Of a stretch of 64,000 nt of DNA, positions 39,781 through 55,194 are shown piece after piece. The DNA lies in contig OZ024742.1 in assembly GCA_964016885.1 (NCBI GenBank), positions 244,156,001 to 244,220,000 on the forward strand, written 5' to 3'. The notes below the pieces were generated by a model, which saw only the letters and a list, made by a program, of their open reading frames with translations, was not told the origin of the DNA and did not search any database. Numbering within the stretch: position 1 is the stretch's first letter; each line of letters begins with the position of its first letter. The translations under genes were made by a program, and so were the position numbers. This DNA is from Eledone cirrhosa. Lineage: Eukaryota.

Positions 39781-40469
39781 TTTCTTCTATTCACTTTCCT
39801 GTGCTGCTGCTTACATTTCTGACTGAGCCTAGTACTCTGTACAGCTGTTGGCTGATTGCTTCAGCATTCTATAATCTTCTGTGATACTTATAATCACTTG
39901 CTGTGGTACATTAGGTGAAAACCACTGCTCTATTGTAAATAGATATTTCTGGAATGTAGAGAATACATGCTTGTTTTTGTTTGACCATTTTATCAGGGCA
40001 CACAGCTTACCAAATATATTTTATACTGTTTATTTGGAAGTCATTGTGTTGTTTTTATTTTAAATCAAGAAGAGAAATTACGTTCATAGTAGAAAGACCA
40101 AAATAAATTAAATAGAAACAAAGCAATTTACTAACTTCCACTTATATTGTGGTGCTTCAGGGATGACAATTTTGATACTAGATGGGGAGGTTGGGAGAGA
40201 CAGGTGATGACTGTGGGAATTCAGCTCCTCTGTGTTCAGACCTGGTGTACATGTGTGTATGTTTACTTCTATTCATTCGATATTATATGTTACCCAACAG
40301 CATTGTAGCATTTTGTAGTCATATTCTTATTTTCCCTTTTCATTTCAATTTTAAAGTCAATTCATTATAAGGGCCTATTTGCAGCTGACTAACCAACACC
40401 TTGGAATAAAAATGAAATTTCATCAATCTAATACTGAAAATAGCATCATCTAGTGATGGAATTGTCATT

Positions 40470-40869
40470 AATGGTGGATTGACAACATGCTTTATGGCAT
40501 AGAATTACAGCTATTTACATTCTGAGTTCAAATCCCACCAAGGTTAGCTTTGCCTTTCATCCTTACAGGGTTGATAATATAAAGCACCAATAATGCACTG
40601 GGGTTGATTTAATTGACTTTCCTCCATCCTACCAAAATTGTTGACCTTGTGCCTAAATCAGAAACCGTTATTATACAGCGTGGTAGATTGGCAGTATCGG
40701 TAGAGAATCGGACACCATGCTTTGAAGGATAGAGTTACGTCCCTTTATGATCCGAGTTCAAATCCCGCCGAGGTTAACTTTGCCTTTCATCCTTACTGGG
40801 TCGATAAAATAAAGCACCAGTAATGCACTGGGTTATTGCTGGCCTTGTGCCAAAAGTAGAAACAATTAT
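40470..40869 (+). mobile_element. Tandem pair of tRNA-SINEs
   Basis: Older copy to about 40670, immediately followed by a younger full copy at 40678-40869. Confidence 0.87.
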
Positions 40870-43511
40870 ACACAGCTGACTGACACAATGTATCTACCCT
40901 GTTTTCTTTTTCCTGTTTCTTCACAAAGATATGAATCAGTTAATATTCCAAACATATTTCGGGACAGCTTCCACTGTTCTCCTAGTTTCCTGTAATTCAT
41001 GACAGTTTCAGTATCAGATTTGACTTCTTGAACTCTCACCAAATATTCTCATTTCTTTGCTTCACCTCCCTAAAATTAGGGGGAGAGGGGAAGAAACAAA
41101 CTTATCTTGGCTTCAATATTTACTATTGTGTGGGAAGGTAAAGGCAATGTTGTGTCTGTGTGTCTAACCACTGTAGCTTGTGATCATCATTTTTTCTTTC
41201 AACTATATTACATTATCCAATATGTTCTCTTTTGTTTTAAGCCCATTTGGGGAAGATTTGTCTGCTATTTCTAACAGACCAAATGATTATATACAGAGCT
41301 TGTCTAAACAGTTCAAAATATAGTTTTCTACTGCTTTCTACAGCATTTTGTCGCACCCATTGTGTATGTGTGTGAGAGAGAGAAAGAGAGAGAACCGGTA
41401 CTTTTGTAATTGGTTCATTTACTTTTTATGTAAGGAAGAGAAGCATATACGTTTTGTTTTGGTTTTTTTTACTTCATATATGTGTGTAAAGTGGAGAAAA
41501 TATTGCATACTTACTTAGAAAGTGAATAAAAATTATTACAAAAATGTTTATATCAAGAGCTAAGAAATTTCAGCCACCACACAGATGTAGTCTTATTGTT
41601 GTAGCATGTCCAGGTTGCAGCCAATAAAAAGGAAGGGCATGGAAATTGTGTGTACAGAGAGACTAAAAACAGGATTTTCCATAATGTTAGAAAAATAAAA
41701 AGTGTGGTCAACCTTCAGTCTTGGTAATGTGTTGTGTCCTTGAATAAAGCTTTTCATCTCCACCTAGCTAAAACATGAATACTAGCAACAGCTGGGGGTT
41801 AACATTGTTATGGGCTGGCATCCTATCCAAGGGGGAGTCATGTATTCTCAATCATTTAACACTGCATGAAACTGGTTTGAGCTCCAGCCTGATAAAACCG
41901 CTAGGCCCAAGAAATCCTTTTTTAAAATATATATACAGCAAAATCCTTCAAAGAAACTGGCAGTACTCTTCTCCAACAACAATTAACTCATAGAGTCATG
42001 AAAGTTGAGTTTCAGGTTCTTGCCCTTTATTTGGGATTGAGAAAGATACAGAATGGGATGTTATAACTTACTATATACATGTGTGTGTGTTAGATACCTT
42101 TAACTGGCATGAAGTTGTGAAATATTAAATCATTAACATTGCGTGCATGCATGTTATGTCTCTTTCTTTATGTTTTTTTTATTTCTCATATGGCTCTATT
42201 TTTCATTGTCTTTCAATTTATTTTCCTAATATGACATCTGCAATTTTTTAAAATGATGTAGAACACCAATATTAAAACGGATATCCTTTTCTTGCTATTA
42301 CTTATCCCTTGATATATATAGTAAAACATTTCTAATCAAATCTCACTTAACCTGTAATGCCAAATTCAGTTTATCTCGGTTCATTAAAGGAAATAAACTA
42401 CCATTGTTGTTTTTATGTTCTTTTTCCATGCTGGCATGAGCTGGGCAAGGATATTTTTAAGAAGTATTCTGCAGCTAGTTGGCGTCCATGGCACCAGCTA
42501 GCCCATATTTAGTTCTAAGTGTGGTACTCAGTCTACTGATTTTCACTTGTCGGACTGTTAAGCTACATGACTATTTATGCAGGACATAAACACATAGCAC
42601 CAATTGTATTTAAGTGGTGTCAACATGAAAACATACATGGAGACAAACATGCAACATGTGCGTGCACAGACACACACACATACAAGGATACCATGTAGGT
42701 TTTGTTTGTGAAATTTCACTCACAAGTTATTGCTAAAATGTTAATCCTAATAAAGATCTTGTTTGTTCAAACAATTTGTTGTAAATGATTCACTACTTAA
42801 GGTATTCTATTAGTTTGTTGTCTATTTTTCTGTTTCATCTCAGAAATTTTAACAGGTATCATAATAGCTTTCCAAAGTTTCTTCTTTAAACTGCAGTTCT
42901 TGTTACCACTACTAACACATAATGTCCATTTTACTAAACATTTTCTTCCTTCTCTTATTTACTGCACTTTAATTTAGTTTTGTTATATATCTTTTATCTT
43001 ACCTCTTACACTCAACAAATTATTTAATTTCTTCTCAAATACTGCTTATTTCCCACTTTCACTGACATGAAATAAAATAAAAAAAAAAATAAAAAGTATA
43101 TGCATGTTGAAATCTATTTTTGTATACATACAGGTGCCACTTCACTTCATTATTGTCAGTCTGGCTTTCATTTTCTTCCAGTCTATTAATTCTAGGAAAA
43201 ATGGCAAGCATCAACAAATATATTTCCTTGTAAATTCTGATTGTTCATACCTAGCATATTTAGATACATATGCACAAATACACAGTCACTTTATAACTAA
43301 ATAATGTTTTGTCTTTATTTCCTAGCCTAAATATTTGCTATTTTTCCTGTTGCTTTAGCTTGTATTTCTATTTTCTCACCACACCCTTCTAATGACTACA
43401 TGTCTTAGTAGCCAATTCGTCCTTTAGACCTGTTACAGCTTTCATTTTCGAACTTCATTACAATGAAATTCTGAGATAGTTCTATTGTGAATTTCTTTTC
43501 TTGTTTAATAG

Positions 43512-44790
43512 ATCATCATCGTTTTTACATCCGCTTTTCCACACTTGCATGGGTTGGACAGGTCCTTCTCAGCATGACATTTCTCCACATGTCATGATCC
43601 TTTGTCATCGCCACTGTGGGTTTCAGTGATTTTAGACCAGGTCTTTCTTGGTTTACCTCTACTGTAACTACCTTCCACTGGCACTTCTAAACCCAACAAT
43701 CATTGTCTATGTACATTACATATCCAAACCAACGTAGCCTTCTCTCCTGCACACCACCTCAGATTCCTCTTAAACCCAGTTTCTCCTTTAACTTGTCCAA
43801 GCTCTGCCTCTCTCTTGCATTTACACTGCACAGCCAATGGGGCATGGTTGATTCATTTCTCTCCAGTCTATGCACGTCTTCTGCTGTTGCAGCCCATGTT
43901 TCACTACCGTGCAGCATCACACTTCACACACAGACATCATACAGTCATCCTTTTGTATGCTGGGAAAAACCTTTTGTGGTCAACAGTGGGAGTAGTTCTC
44001 TGAACTTTTTCCATCCTCTCTTTATTGTAGCTATTATTCTTTCAGAGAACCCTCCTCCATTGCTAATTATGTTACCTAGATAGTAGAAGCTATCAACCAC
44101 TTCTAGGGGTCCTTCCGGTGACTGGAATAGGTTTACACCACTGGTTATCTGTCCCTCGGTTATCTCTGGATCTTCTACAAACAAAATCTTCCCTTTCTGT
44201 TAGCTTGTGCACCGAAGACTTGCATTGCGTACATTGTATGTAGTTTATGCCTACTCCCTTTCTACATATTGAGCAAGGCCACTTCCCTGAAGGAATCAGG
44301 GTCCTATCTACTCACTAACACTTTAGTTTTAGCTAAGTTTACTCTCAGACTTTTTGATTCCAAATTCTGTTTCCATAGTCGGAACTTATTTTCTAGGTCT
44401 TTAGGATTCAACTATAAGGACCAGATCATCTTCACAGAGAAGTTCCTATGGGTAGCTGGTCTTAAACTCCTCTGTGATAGCCTAGAGGGCTATAATGAAT
44501 AGTAGTGGGCTAAGAACTGAACCTTGATGAGAACCTACTTGTACCTTGAATTCCTCACTAAACTCATTTCCTACTCTCACTTCGCTGATAGTTCTTCTAC
44601 ATGACTTGCACTGCTCTCACCAACCATTCTTCTATACCTAATTTCCTTAAAGACCACCAGATAATAGATCGGGACACTGTCCTGTAATTACCTGATTGAC
44701 TATGTGGGTTACTAGTTCAACTCTTACTTCTCTTGATGCTTTTAACATCTCAGTAGTTATCCGTGATGGTCCTGCAGCTTTACCATATTG
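43512..44790 (-). mobile_element. Decayed 5'-truncated RTE LINE (RT C-terminal half and tail)
   Basis: EVVDSFYYLG and [12 protein letters not shown] fragments; (CAT)n tail at 43513; very similar to the 1-2010 copy; internal deletions. Confidence 0.92.
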
Positions 44791-45127
44791 TTAAAAATTA
44801 TGCAAGTGACTACACAAGTAGTATAGTTAGAAAATCTTTTGAAAATCTTCAAAATATTTAATATCACAATCAATTAAAGCTGAAGGTAAAATCACCAAGT
44901 AACCCTCAAGATATATTATTTAAGACAAATGCAGTTTGTGTTTATAATCTCACAAACTGTAATCTACATTTATTGGTATGTATGGATCTATAAGTCCTGG
45001 TGGGGCATTGTTTCTTGGGTATTTTACACCTGGCAGTATGTATTCCCTCACCTGGTCTGAACACAGCCAATTTCTTCGAGAGGAGGAGAGAGAGTAATAG
45101 GAAGTGAGAAATAGATATAGAAGAAGA

Positions 45128-45285
45128 ATCAACCCCAGTGCTGGACTGGTACTTTATTTATCAACTTCGAAAGAATGAAAGCTAAGTTGGTCTTAGTATA
45201 ATTTGAACTCTGAGTGCAGAGAACCAAAAAGAATACTGCAAAGCATTTTATCTGATGTTTTAATAGTCTGCCAATTCACCGCCAC
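45128..45285 (-). mobile_element. Old tRNA-SINE copy
   Basis: ctggtactttatttatcaac...atttgaactc...ctgccaattcaccgcc. Confidence 0.7.
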
Positions 45286-46225
45286 ATCATTTATTTAGTA
45301 GAAAACTATTGCCATTGTGCTTCTTTTCATTATCCATCCACCCCTGAGATATAGTTCTGGTGTTTGATTTTCAAGAATCTGTCATGTAAATATATAAACC
45401 ACTTGTCAGCAATTAAAGAGTAGGTCTGATCTCTCTTTGTCTACTTTTCATCATCTTTATTGCCATAGGAAAAATATTGACTTGAATGAATCTCTACATT
45501 TAATAACTTACATGCAATATACCTTCTCAATTGTTGTAGCTTTTATATATTATATCACTTTTCACAGACAGGGGTGGTATCTGATGTTCTTCTCCCCTTA
45601 TCCACATATACATTGGTGCCTATTATTGAAGTATACATGATCATTTAAGCATTGTGTTTCTTACAGCAGGTCTTTTACTAGCTGGCTGTCTTTATTATTA
45701 CCAACCACATATTCATGCCACATTTAGACCATTTCATTCTAATTACACTATGGGTGAATCAATACCTTCATAGGTAAAAGTAAACTAATGGTATTTGGAA
45801 AATTTTAATATATATATTTTTTTAAAATAGTGTAATTTTATTAAAAGGATACCTATCTCATTTTTAGCAGCCTACATATTGAAAAATATTAACTTTCACA
45901 CATGAGTGACAACATTATAGCCATCACCATCCTCTAATTACTGAATGAAGACTTGCTTGATTGTTTAGTTTTTATCACTTTTTAATTTCACTTTCAGTTG
46001 TTTGTTCTGTTGCATTTCTCTTGCTGAAGTTTTTCCTCTTGATATTAATGCCCACTTTCTTTCACTTCTCTCTCTCTCTTTTTCATTGTTCTCCATGGAT
46101 GCACTAATGCATATAAGATTCTTCTGGTGGCATTATCTCTTTTCAGAATTAATATTCTTAGGAATTGATTAACTTTTGTAAATTATTCCACTTACCTAGA
46201 CTCAAAAATTCTTCAAAGTTGTCCT

Positions 46226-46227
46226 TT

Positions 46228-46279
<52 letters not shown>
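46226..46279. repeat. (TTTC)n microsatellite
   Basis: Direct reading. Confidence 0.95.
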
Positions 46280-46526
46280 TTTTTTTTCCCTTCAGTGGGA
46301 AAAAAAATCTAAGATATTATTTTTTATTTCTTCTAATTTTAACCTAGAAACTGTTTATTCCATCTATAATGGAATTGTCTATTTATATTTTCAAATTTAC
46401 CTTACATTTGTCGATGGAAACCACAAGCCTGATCTCTGAGGCCTCAAAATCACCCGTAAATATTTTTCTGATATATATTTCTTTTTTCTTGAACACTCTT
46501 AAGCATTCGATTTCTTTACTTTTTAG

Positions 46527-46793
46527 TGATCCTAATGCAGCATGGCCCACAGGGAACCAAGGTGGCCAAACTCCTCAGTCTCTCTCTGTTGTGACTACAG
46601 TGTGGGGTGTTACTCAAACCACTCAAAGTGGACCTTTTACTCACAGCACACCCGGCTACACTAACACAACTATGTCTACCCCAAATTATACCCAACAACC
46701 ACAAAGTTTTGCTGGCAGTCAGATGCAAAAGGCACCGTTTAATCAACAAACTATGCCATATAGAAGGGAATCAGCAAACTACAACCGCCCAAG
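46527..46793 (+). CDS. ZMIZ1: ZMIZ1-like internal coding exon containing LSVVTTVWGVT
   Basis: ttttag|T GAT CCT...CCA AG|gtaatt. Phase 2-2, joins the previous exon in frame (AA+T = Asn). Encodes DPNAAWPTGNQGGQTPQSLSVVTTVWGVTQTTQS..., carrying the ZMIZ1/2 signature SLSVVTTVWGVT. Confidence 0.95.
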
Positions 46794-47339
46794 GTAATTT
46801 TGCATTGTTTCTTATAAAATGTCTATTTTTTTCCCCCATTCTTACACTTGTTAACACTAAAATTATATTTTATGTTAAAATTAGATATAAAACAGTACCA
46901 TTTCTTTCCCCTATCTTTATTGTTCTTTAATTTTCAAAACAAATCTTCTTAGTTTTTCTCAAATTTTTTTTTTTCATTCCAATTTTTCTTAGTTCACAAA
47001 CTTTATTTCATTAAGCTTATAAAATTCATCTCACTCCTTTTATTTAAAAGTTCATTGTGAGAACATTTTTCCATCAAGTTGTTTGCCTTATAAGAATTGC
47101 AAATGGCTTGTTCATTATCAAGCTGATATTACCAACCAAACACCTAGCAAGGTTTTCATATATTTGAACCAATGCTACTGTATTAAGACATTTATTTCTT
47201 AGTAACCCAGTCCACTTATTAAATAGATACTGTAGGGTGGTAGAGTTTATTGCTGCATATTATCAGCTTAAATTCTCTCATAAACTCCTAAAGGAAAGGC
47301 ACATCCTCCTTTAATCACTTATTGATGGACACTTCTAAT

Positions 47340-49100
<1,761 letters not shown>

Positions 49101-49489
49101 GATGGTTGCTCTGCAGTCTTTTCTTCAAATTTTGTTATGTCCCTTCTTAAATTGTAATTAATATACTATAATTAATATTCTAAAATAATACAGCTGCTTT
49201 CTATATATTTATACAAAAGCTGACAAAATAGATCAATTGAGAGTTTAAACATTTGCATAAAAAGAAAAAGAAAGTCAATAAGTTGAATTTTGACAGTAGA
49301 TTTTACTCTTTATATATTCAATTCTATGAACTAAAACAACCTGGTCTTTTCAAATAGTCATTCCTCTAAATGCCATTGCTGTATTACAAGCAACAGTGCC
49401 TTTTTGTTGATATACATGATTTGAAACCAATAATTTTATCTAGAGTTTTATGGTTGAAGAATGGAACATTGCAGCTTCATTTTGTTTTT

Positions 49490-49541
49490 TTCTTTTCTTT
49501 TCTTTTCTTTTCTTTTCTTTTCTTTTCTTTTCTTTTCTTTT
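49490..49541. repeat. (TTTTC)n microsatellite
   Basis: Direct reading. Confidence 0.95.
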
Positions 49542-51189
49542 TATAAAATAATGTCTAAACTATATGATGGAACCAGTTAGTTTGCTTTAATAGTCAATAC
49601 CTACCTACCAGAAAGAAAAACGATAATACCTAAATGTTAGTTGATTAAATACTGTCTTCCAGCAAAATTTTGTAGTTATGAATCTTGAAGTTGTTGGGTT
49701 ACTTGAGAATTTCTATGCAGAAATTCATTTCAAGTGTTGATTAGTTAATGCAAGTATATTCACAAGAAGCTGCTTTACGGCATCATAATTTTATGGAGAA
49801 TGGATCCAGCGAAGGACACTTTTATGTAGTAAGAAGCAAAAGGGTGATGAGTTAATTCAGAAAACACGCCATTGTTGTAATTGTAGAAACCTCACCCACA
49901 AAGCAAAATCTAAGCAGAATGGTTTGCAAATCAGTTAAAAGTACTGTGTGAGTAACATTTTGCTACTCAGAAAATGTATGGAAACCTATCGTGTGTTGGT
50001 GTGTGTGTCTCTGTGTATGCCAGAGTAAAATTCATCTATTTACATCAATGATCAATGAAATAAGTGCTGGGGTCAATTTGACTAACTAAAAACCCTTGAA
50101 AGCAATGACTCAGCATGGCCATAGTTCACTGACTGAAACTAGTAAAAGAATAAAACAATATTCCTTTAATGAGATTGGTGGTATAGATTTAAATATCTAC
50201 AAGATGAAATACATGGTTTTGAGTTCAAATTTTGCCGAAATGAAAGTCAACTTGACTTTTATTTGGGCACAAGTATGAACTCAAGTAAGTTGAGAGAAGC
50301 TTGCTATGTTCAAGGAAACAAGAAGTTGTTGTGGTGTGAGATGATATTACCATGGGAAGATGATTTTCCCATATCACATGGATAAGAATTAGCAAATGAA
50401 CAAGACACTGCTAATTTTAATGTTTTTATTTGTAACATTATTTACTTTAAAAACATGTGTAGCAAGAACAATGAAAAAGGATGTACGTGAGATGAAATAT
50501 GTTATGTGTGCTATTGTAGTAATATTCCCTAACCTGTATTGGTAATGATCTCAGCTAGTGCCGATTCCAGCAAGGTTGGTTAGCGAGAGTGTGTGACTGT
50601 GTATGTGGCTACATTGTTAGTTTGAAGGAAAATACCCAATCTGTCTGTTGCAGAGTTGAAAAGCTGAATGTGTCTGCCATTCGGAAATATGAATATTAGG
50701 CTGCCCAGTAAGAACTGTCCTCTTCTCAGACACCCTGACACTGTGAGCCTCGTAGAAGAGAATGTTATCTAACTTTATGGCTCTGGGGTTATGGGTCAGT
50801 CTTAAGGTGGTTGTGTGTGGCAGACTAAGAAAACCATCATGGAAAAATGTGTCAGGATTTCGCTACATTCATATCAGTGCATCATGTTTCTTTATTGGTA
50901 CTGTCTTATTTCAACATGTAGCCTGAAGGATAGTCTTCAAGGAACACTGAGTAAGAATTTGTGAAACCTACCTAGATTGAGTGCTATTTTTCTGTGTAAA
51001 AAACAGCTAATATCTCTCTCTATATATATATATCATCATTTTACGTCCGCTTTTCCCTTCCTAACACCAACCTCATTTACAGTGAGTGCTGGGTGCTTTT
51101 TTCTCGTGGCGCCTACACGTCCACTTTACAGTGTGGGCTGGGTGCTTTTTTGCCACGACCACTTTGCAGTGGAATGATAGGGAACCCAG

Positions 51190-51338
51190 TCCTATCATCT
51201 CATTTGTACAGCTGAGTAAACTGGAGCAATGTGAAATAAAGTGTCTTGCTCAAGGAAACAACACATCACCCAGTCTGAGAATTGAACTCACAACCTCTCG
51301 ATTGCAAGGCCAATGCTCTAACCACTAAGCCATGTGCC
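51190..51338 (-). mobile_element. tRNA-SINE, second family (5' part)
   Basis: Reverse complement: GGCACATGGCTTAGTGGTTAGAGC...GAGTTCAATTC...CCTTGAGCAAGACACTTT...TTGCTCCAGTTTACTCAGCTG. Confidence 0.8.
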
Positions 51339-51339
51339 T

Positions 51340-51354
51340 CTATATATATATATA

Positions 51355-51385
<31 letters not shown>

Positions 51386-51454
51386 GTGTATATATATATG
51401 TATATATATATATATATATGTGTATATATATATATGTATATATATATATATGCG

Positions 51455-51519
<65 letters not shown>

Positions 51520-51542
51520 ATATATATATATATATGTGTGTG

Positions 51543-51577
<35 letters not shown>

Positions 51578-51638
51578 ATATATATATATATGTGTGTGTG
51601 TGTGTATATATATATGTGTGTGTGTGTATATATATATA

Positions 51639-51669
<31 letters not shown>

Positions 51670-51715
51670 GTATGTATATATATATGTATGTATGTATATA
51701 TATATGTATGTATAC

Positions 51716-51746
<31 letters not shown>

Positions 51747-51920
51747 TGTATGTATATATATATGTATGTATGTATATATATATATATGTATGTATATATA
51801 TATATATATGTATGTATATATATATATATATGTATGTATATATATATATATGTATGTATATATATATATATATGTATGTATATATATATATATATGTATG
51901 TATATATATATATATGTATG

Positions 51921-51974
<54 letters not shown>

Positions 51975-52044
51975 TGTATGTATATATATATATATATGTA
52001 TGTATATATATATATATATGTATGTATATATATATATGTATGTA
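51340..52044. repeat. (TA)/(TG)/(TATG) compound microsatellite upstream of the RTE
   Basis: Direct reading. Confidence 0.98.
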
Positions 52045-53970
52045 AGGGAAGCTGAGGAAAGAAAGTTCAAGCATGTTCTACAACGCGATGACCAAAAACG
52101 TGAGGTGTTCAGGATTGCTAGGCAATGCGTCAAGGAAAACCGTGATATTGTCGGGGAGAAGTGTGTACTAAACGACGATGGCACACTTGCCATCACCGAC
52201 GCTGATAAGAAGGTAGCTTGGAAGTGTCACTATGAAAGGCTTCTAAATGAGGAGAATAATTGGGAGAAAGGCAGTCTCCCCCATATCGACCCAATAGAGG
52301 GACCAGCAGTGTTAGTCGAGGGGAGGATAATAAGTAAGGCAATCAAGGATATGAAGACTGGTAAGGCGGCTGGGCCTTCGGAAATAGTTGCTGAGATGCT
52401 GAAGGCATCTGGCACGGTGGGACACACCATGGTCACCCGCATAGTTAACCAAGTCGTACAGAATGGGGTTGTTCCGAAGGACTGGCATAGCAGCATCATC
52501 GTTAACTGTTATAAGGGTAAAGGAGACGCCCTAGATAGGAGTAACTATAGAGGCATTAAATTAATCGACCAGGTCATGAAGGTCACGGAAAGAGTAATAG
52601 CGCAACTAATCAGAGAGAGAATTGACCTAGATGAAATGCAGTTCGGGTTTGTGTCAGGCAAAAGTACCACAGACGCTCTTTTCATAGTACGACAACTACA
52701 GGAGAAGTACCTAGCTAAAGGTAAACCCCTCTACTTAGCTTTTGTCGACTTGGAGAAAGCCTTCGACAGAGTCCCCCGCTCCATTATCTGGTGGGCTCTT
52801 AGAAAACTAGGCGTTGACGAATGGCTTGTGAGGGCTATACAAGCCATGTATAAAGAAACAGTCAGCAAGGTTAGAATTAACAACGAATATAGTGAAGAGT
52901 TTAGCGTAAAAGTTGGCGTCCATCAGGGCTCTGTTCTCAGTCCACTACTATTTATTATTGCCCTTCAGGCTATAACAGAGGAGTTCAAGACAGGCTGCCC
53001 ATGGGAACTCCTATACGCAGACGACCTGACACTCATAGCGGAATCAATGGCCGAGCTAGAGAAGAAATTCCAAACATGGAAGCACGGCCTAGAATCAAAA
53101 GGACTTAAAATTAACCTGGCTAAGACTAAAGTTCTAGTTTGTAGGAAAGAAAATAAGGCGGCGGTCCCTTCCGGGAAATGGTCGTGCTCGGTGTGTAGGA
53201 AAGGCGTAGGTAGAAACTCCATTTTATGTCCTAAATGCAAAGTATGGGTGCATAAAAGATGTAGTGGGATCACAGGTAAGCTAACTAAGAACATAGATTT
53301 TACATGTGGCCGGTGCTCTGGTGCAATAAGTAGCAGCAAGTGCCCACAAACTACTAGCTCTTTCAATTGCGCAGAGGGTTCTATAGAAATAGTGGACAGC
53401 TTCCGTTACCTGGGCGATAAAATCAGCAGTGGGGGAGGGTGCTCTGAAAGTACTGTAGCTAGAGTCAGAACTGGTTGGAAAAAGTTCAGAGAGCTTATAC
53501 CACTATTAGCTGCTAAAGGGTTCTCACTAAAAATGAAAGGCAGGTTGTACGATGCCTGCATACGAACAGCAATGCTGCATGGCAGTGAGACCTGGGCATT
53601 GTGTGCAGAGGATATACGCAGACTAGAGAGGAACGAAGCTTGCATGCTCCGCTGGATGTGTAACAGTAATATACGTGAACGGCAAAGCATAAACGAACTA
53701 AGGAAAAAATTAGAGATAAGAGGGATCAGATGTTGTTTACTCGAGAGAAGGCTACGTTGGTATGGACACGTGATGCGCATGAAAGTCGATAGCTGTATAA
53801 CAAAGTGCAGGGCAATAAAGATAGACGGTAGTCACGGAATAGGCAGACCTAGAAAAACCTGGGACGAGCTGATAAACTCCGACATCACACACTTACACCT
53901 CTCCAAGACAATGTCACTGGACCGAGACCTTTGGCGGTACTCAGTAACAGAGAAGACCCGCCTTACCTAA
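52045..53970 (+). CDS. Non-LTR reverse transcriptase (partial) with internal PHD finger
   Basis: 641 sense codons from REAEERKF, with [65 protein letters not shown]. The first 237 aa of the tracked 878-aa ORF are microsatellite read-through. Confidence 0.93.
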   Translation, partial: REAEERKFKHVLQRDDQKREVFRIARQCVKENRDIVGEKCVLNDDGTLAITDADKKVAWKCHYERLLNEENNWEKGSLPHIDPIEGPAVLVEGRIISKAIKDMKTGKAAGPSEIVAEMLKASGTVGHTMVTRIVNQVVQNGVVPKDWHSSIIVNCYKGKGDALDRSNYRGIKLIDQVMKVTERVIAQLIRERIDLDEMQFGFVSGKSTTDALFIVRQLQEKYLAKGKPLYLAFVDLEKAFDRVPRSIIWWALRKLGVDEWLVRAIQAMYKETVSKVRINNEYSEEFSVKVGVHQGSVLSPLLFIIALQAITEEFKTGCPWELLYADDLTLIAESMAELEKKFQTWKHGLESKGLKINLAKTKVLVCRKENKAAVPSGKWSCSVCRKGVGRNSILCPKCKVWVHKRCSGITGKLTKNIDFTCGRCSGAISSSKCPQTTSSFNCAEGSIEIVDSFRYLGDKISSGGGCSESTVARVRTGWKKFRELIPLLAAKGFSLKMKGRLYDACIRTAMLHGSETWALCAEDIRRLERNEACMLRWMCNSNIRERQSINELRKKLEIRGIRCCLLERRLRWYGHVMRMKVDSCITKCRAIKIDGSHGIGRPRKTWDELINSDITHLHLSKTMSLDRDLWRYSVTEKTRLT

Positions 53971-54372
53971 ATATATAGTAAAACCTACTCCAGCCAGTAG
54001 GCATCTCTAACAAAATACACCCCGTCCCACCACCCCCACCCCCACCCGATCCACACCACCCCGTTCTATGTAAAGTTATGTTGGTGCCGCGCCATCGAGG
54101 CCGAAACAAATGAGATCGTGTAGGTGTCACGACAAAAAAACACACAGTCCACGCTGTAATGTGGCCGTGTAGGCAACACGGTAAAAACCTCCCAGACCCA
54201 CACTGTAAATGTGGTTGGTGTTAGGAAGGGCATCCAACTGTAGAAAACCTGCCAGACAGTCCTATGCGAGCAAGACAATCACTCTTGCCTCAAGTGGGAC
54301 TACCCCCGTCCAAACCCATGCAAGCGTGGAACACGGACGTTAAACGTTGATGATGATGATGATGATGATGAT
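52045..54372 (+). mobile_element. Young 5'-truncated RTE-clade LINE
   Basis: Uninterrupted RT ORF, about 400-bp 3'UTR and (TGA)n tail; CpG retained; endonuclease domain missing. Confidence 0.96.
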
Positions 54373-54755
54373 ATGTATGTATATATATATATATATATGT
54401 ATGTATATATATATATATGTATGTATATATATATATATGTATGTATATATATATATGTATATATATATATGTATGTATGTATATATATATGTATGTATAT
54501 ATATATATATATATGTATGTATATATATATGTATGTATATATATATATGTATGTATATATATATATATGTGTATATATATATGTATGTATATATATATAT
54601 GTATGTATATATATATGTATGTATATATATATATGTATGTATGTATATATATATGTATGTATATATATATGTATGTATATATATATATATGTATGTATAT
54701 ATATATATATGTATGTATATATATATATATGTATGTATATATATATATATGTATG

Positions 54756-54792
<37 letters not shown>

Positions 54793-55016
54793 GTATATAT
54801 ATATGTATGTATGTATGTATATATATATATATGTATGTATGTATGTATATATATATATGTATGTATGTATATATATATATGTATGTATGTATGTATGTAT
54901 ATATATATATATGTATGTATATATGTATGTATGTATATATATATATATATGTATGTATATATATATGTATGTATATATATATATATATGTATGTATATAT
55001 ATATATATGTATGTAT

Positions 55017-55066
<50 letters not shown>

Positions 55067-55100
55067 ATATATGTATGTATGTATATATATATGTATGTAT

Positions 55101-55134
<34 letters not shown>

Positions 55135-55157
55135 GTATGTATATATATGTATGTATG

Positions 55158-55189
<32 letters not shown>

Positions 55190-55194
55190 TATAT
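54373..55194. repeat. (TA)n/(TATG)n compound microsatellite downstream of the RTE
   Basis: Direct reading. Confidence 0.98.

Noticed and set aside
46369-46526. Upstream part of the 142-aa ORF as a translation start
   Set aside because: AT-rich intron and polypyrimidine tract; ZMIZ similarity and GC shift begin at the AG at 46525-46526.
51334-52044. N-terminal 237 aa (YI/VC repeats) of the 878-aa ORF as a novel RT fusion domain
   Set aside because: Pure TA/TG microsatellite lacks stop codons in these frames; real coding sequence starts at about 52045.
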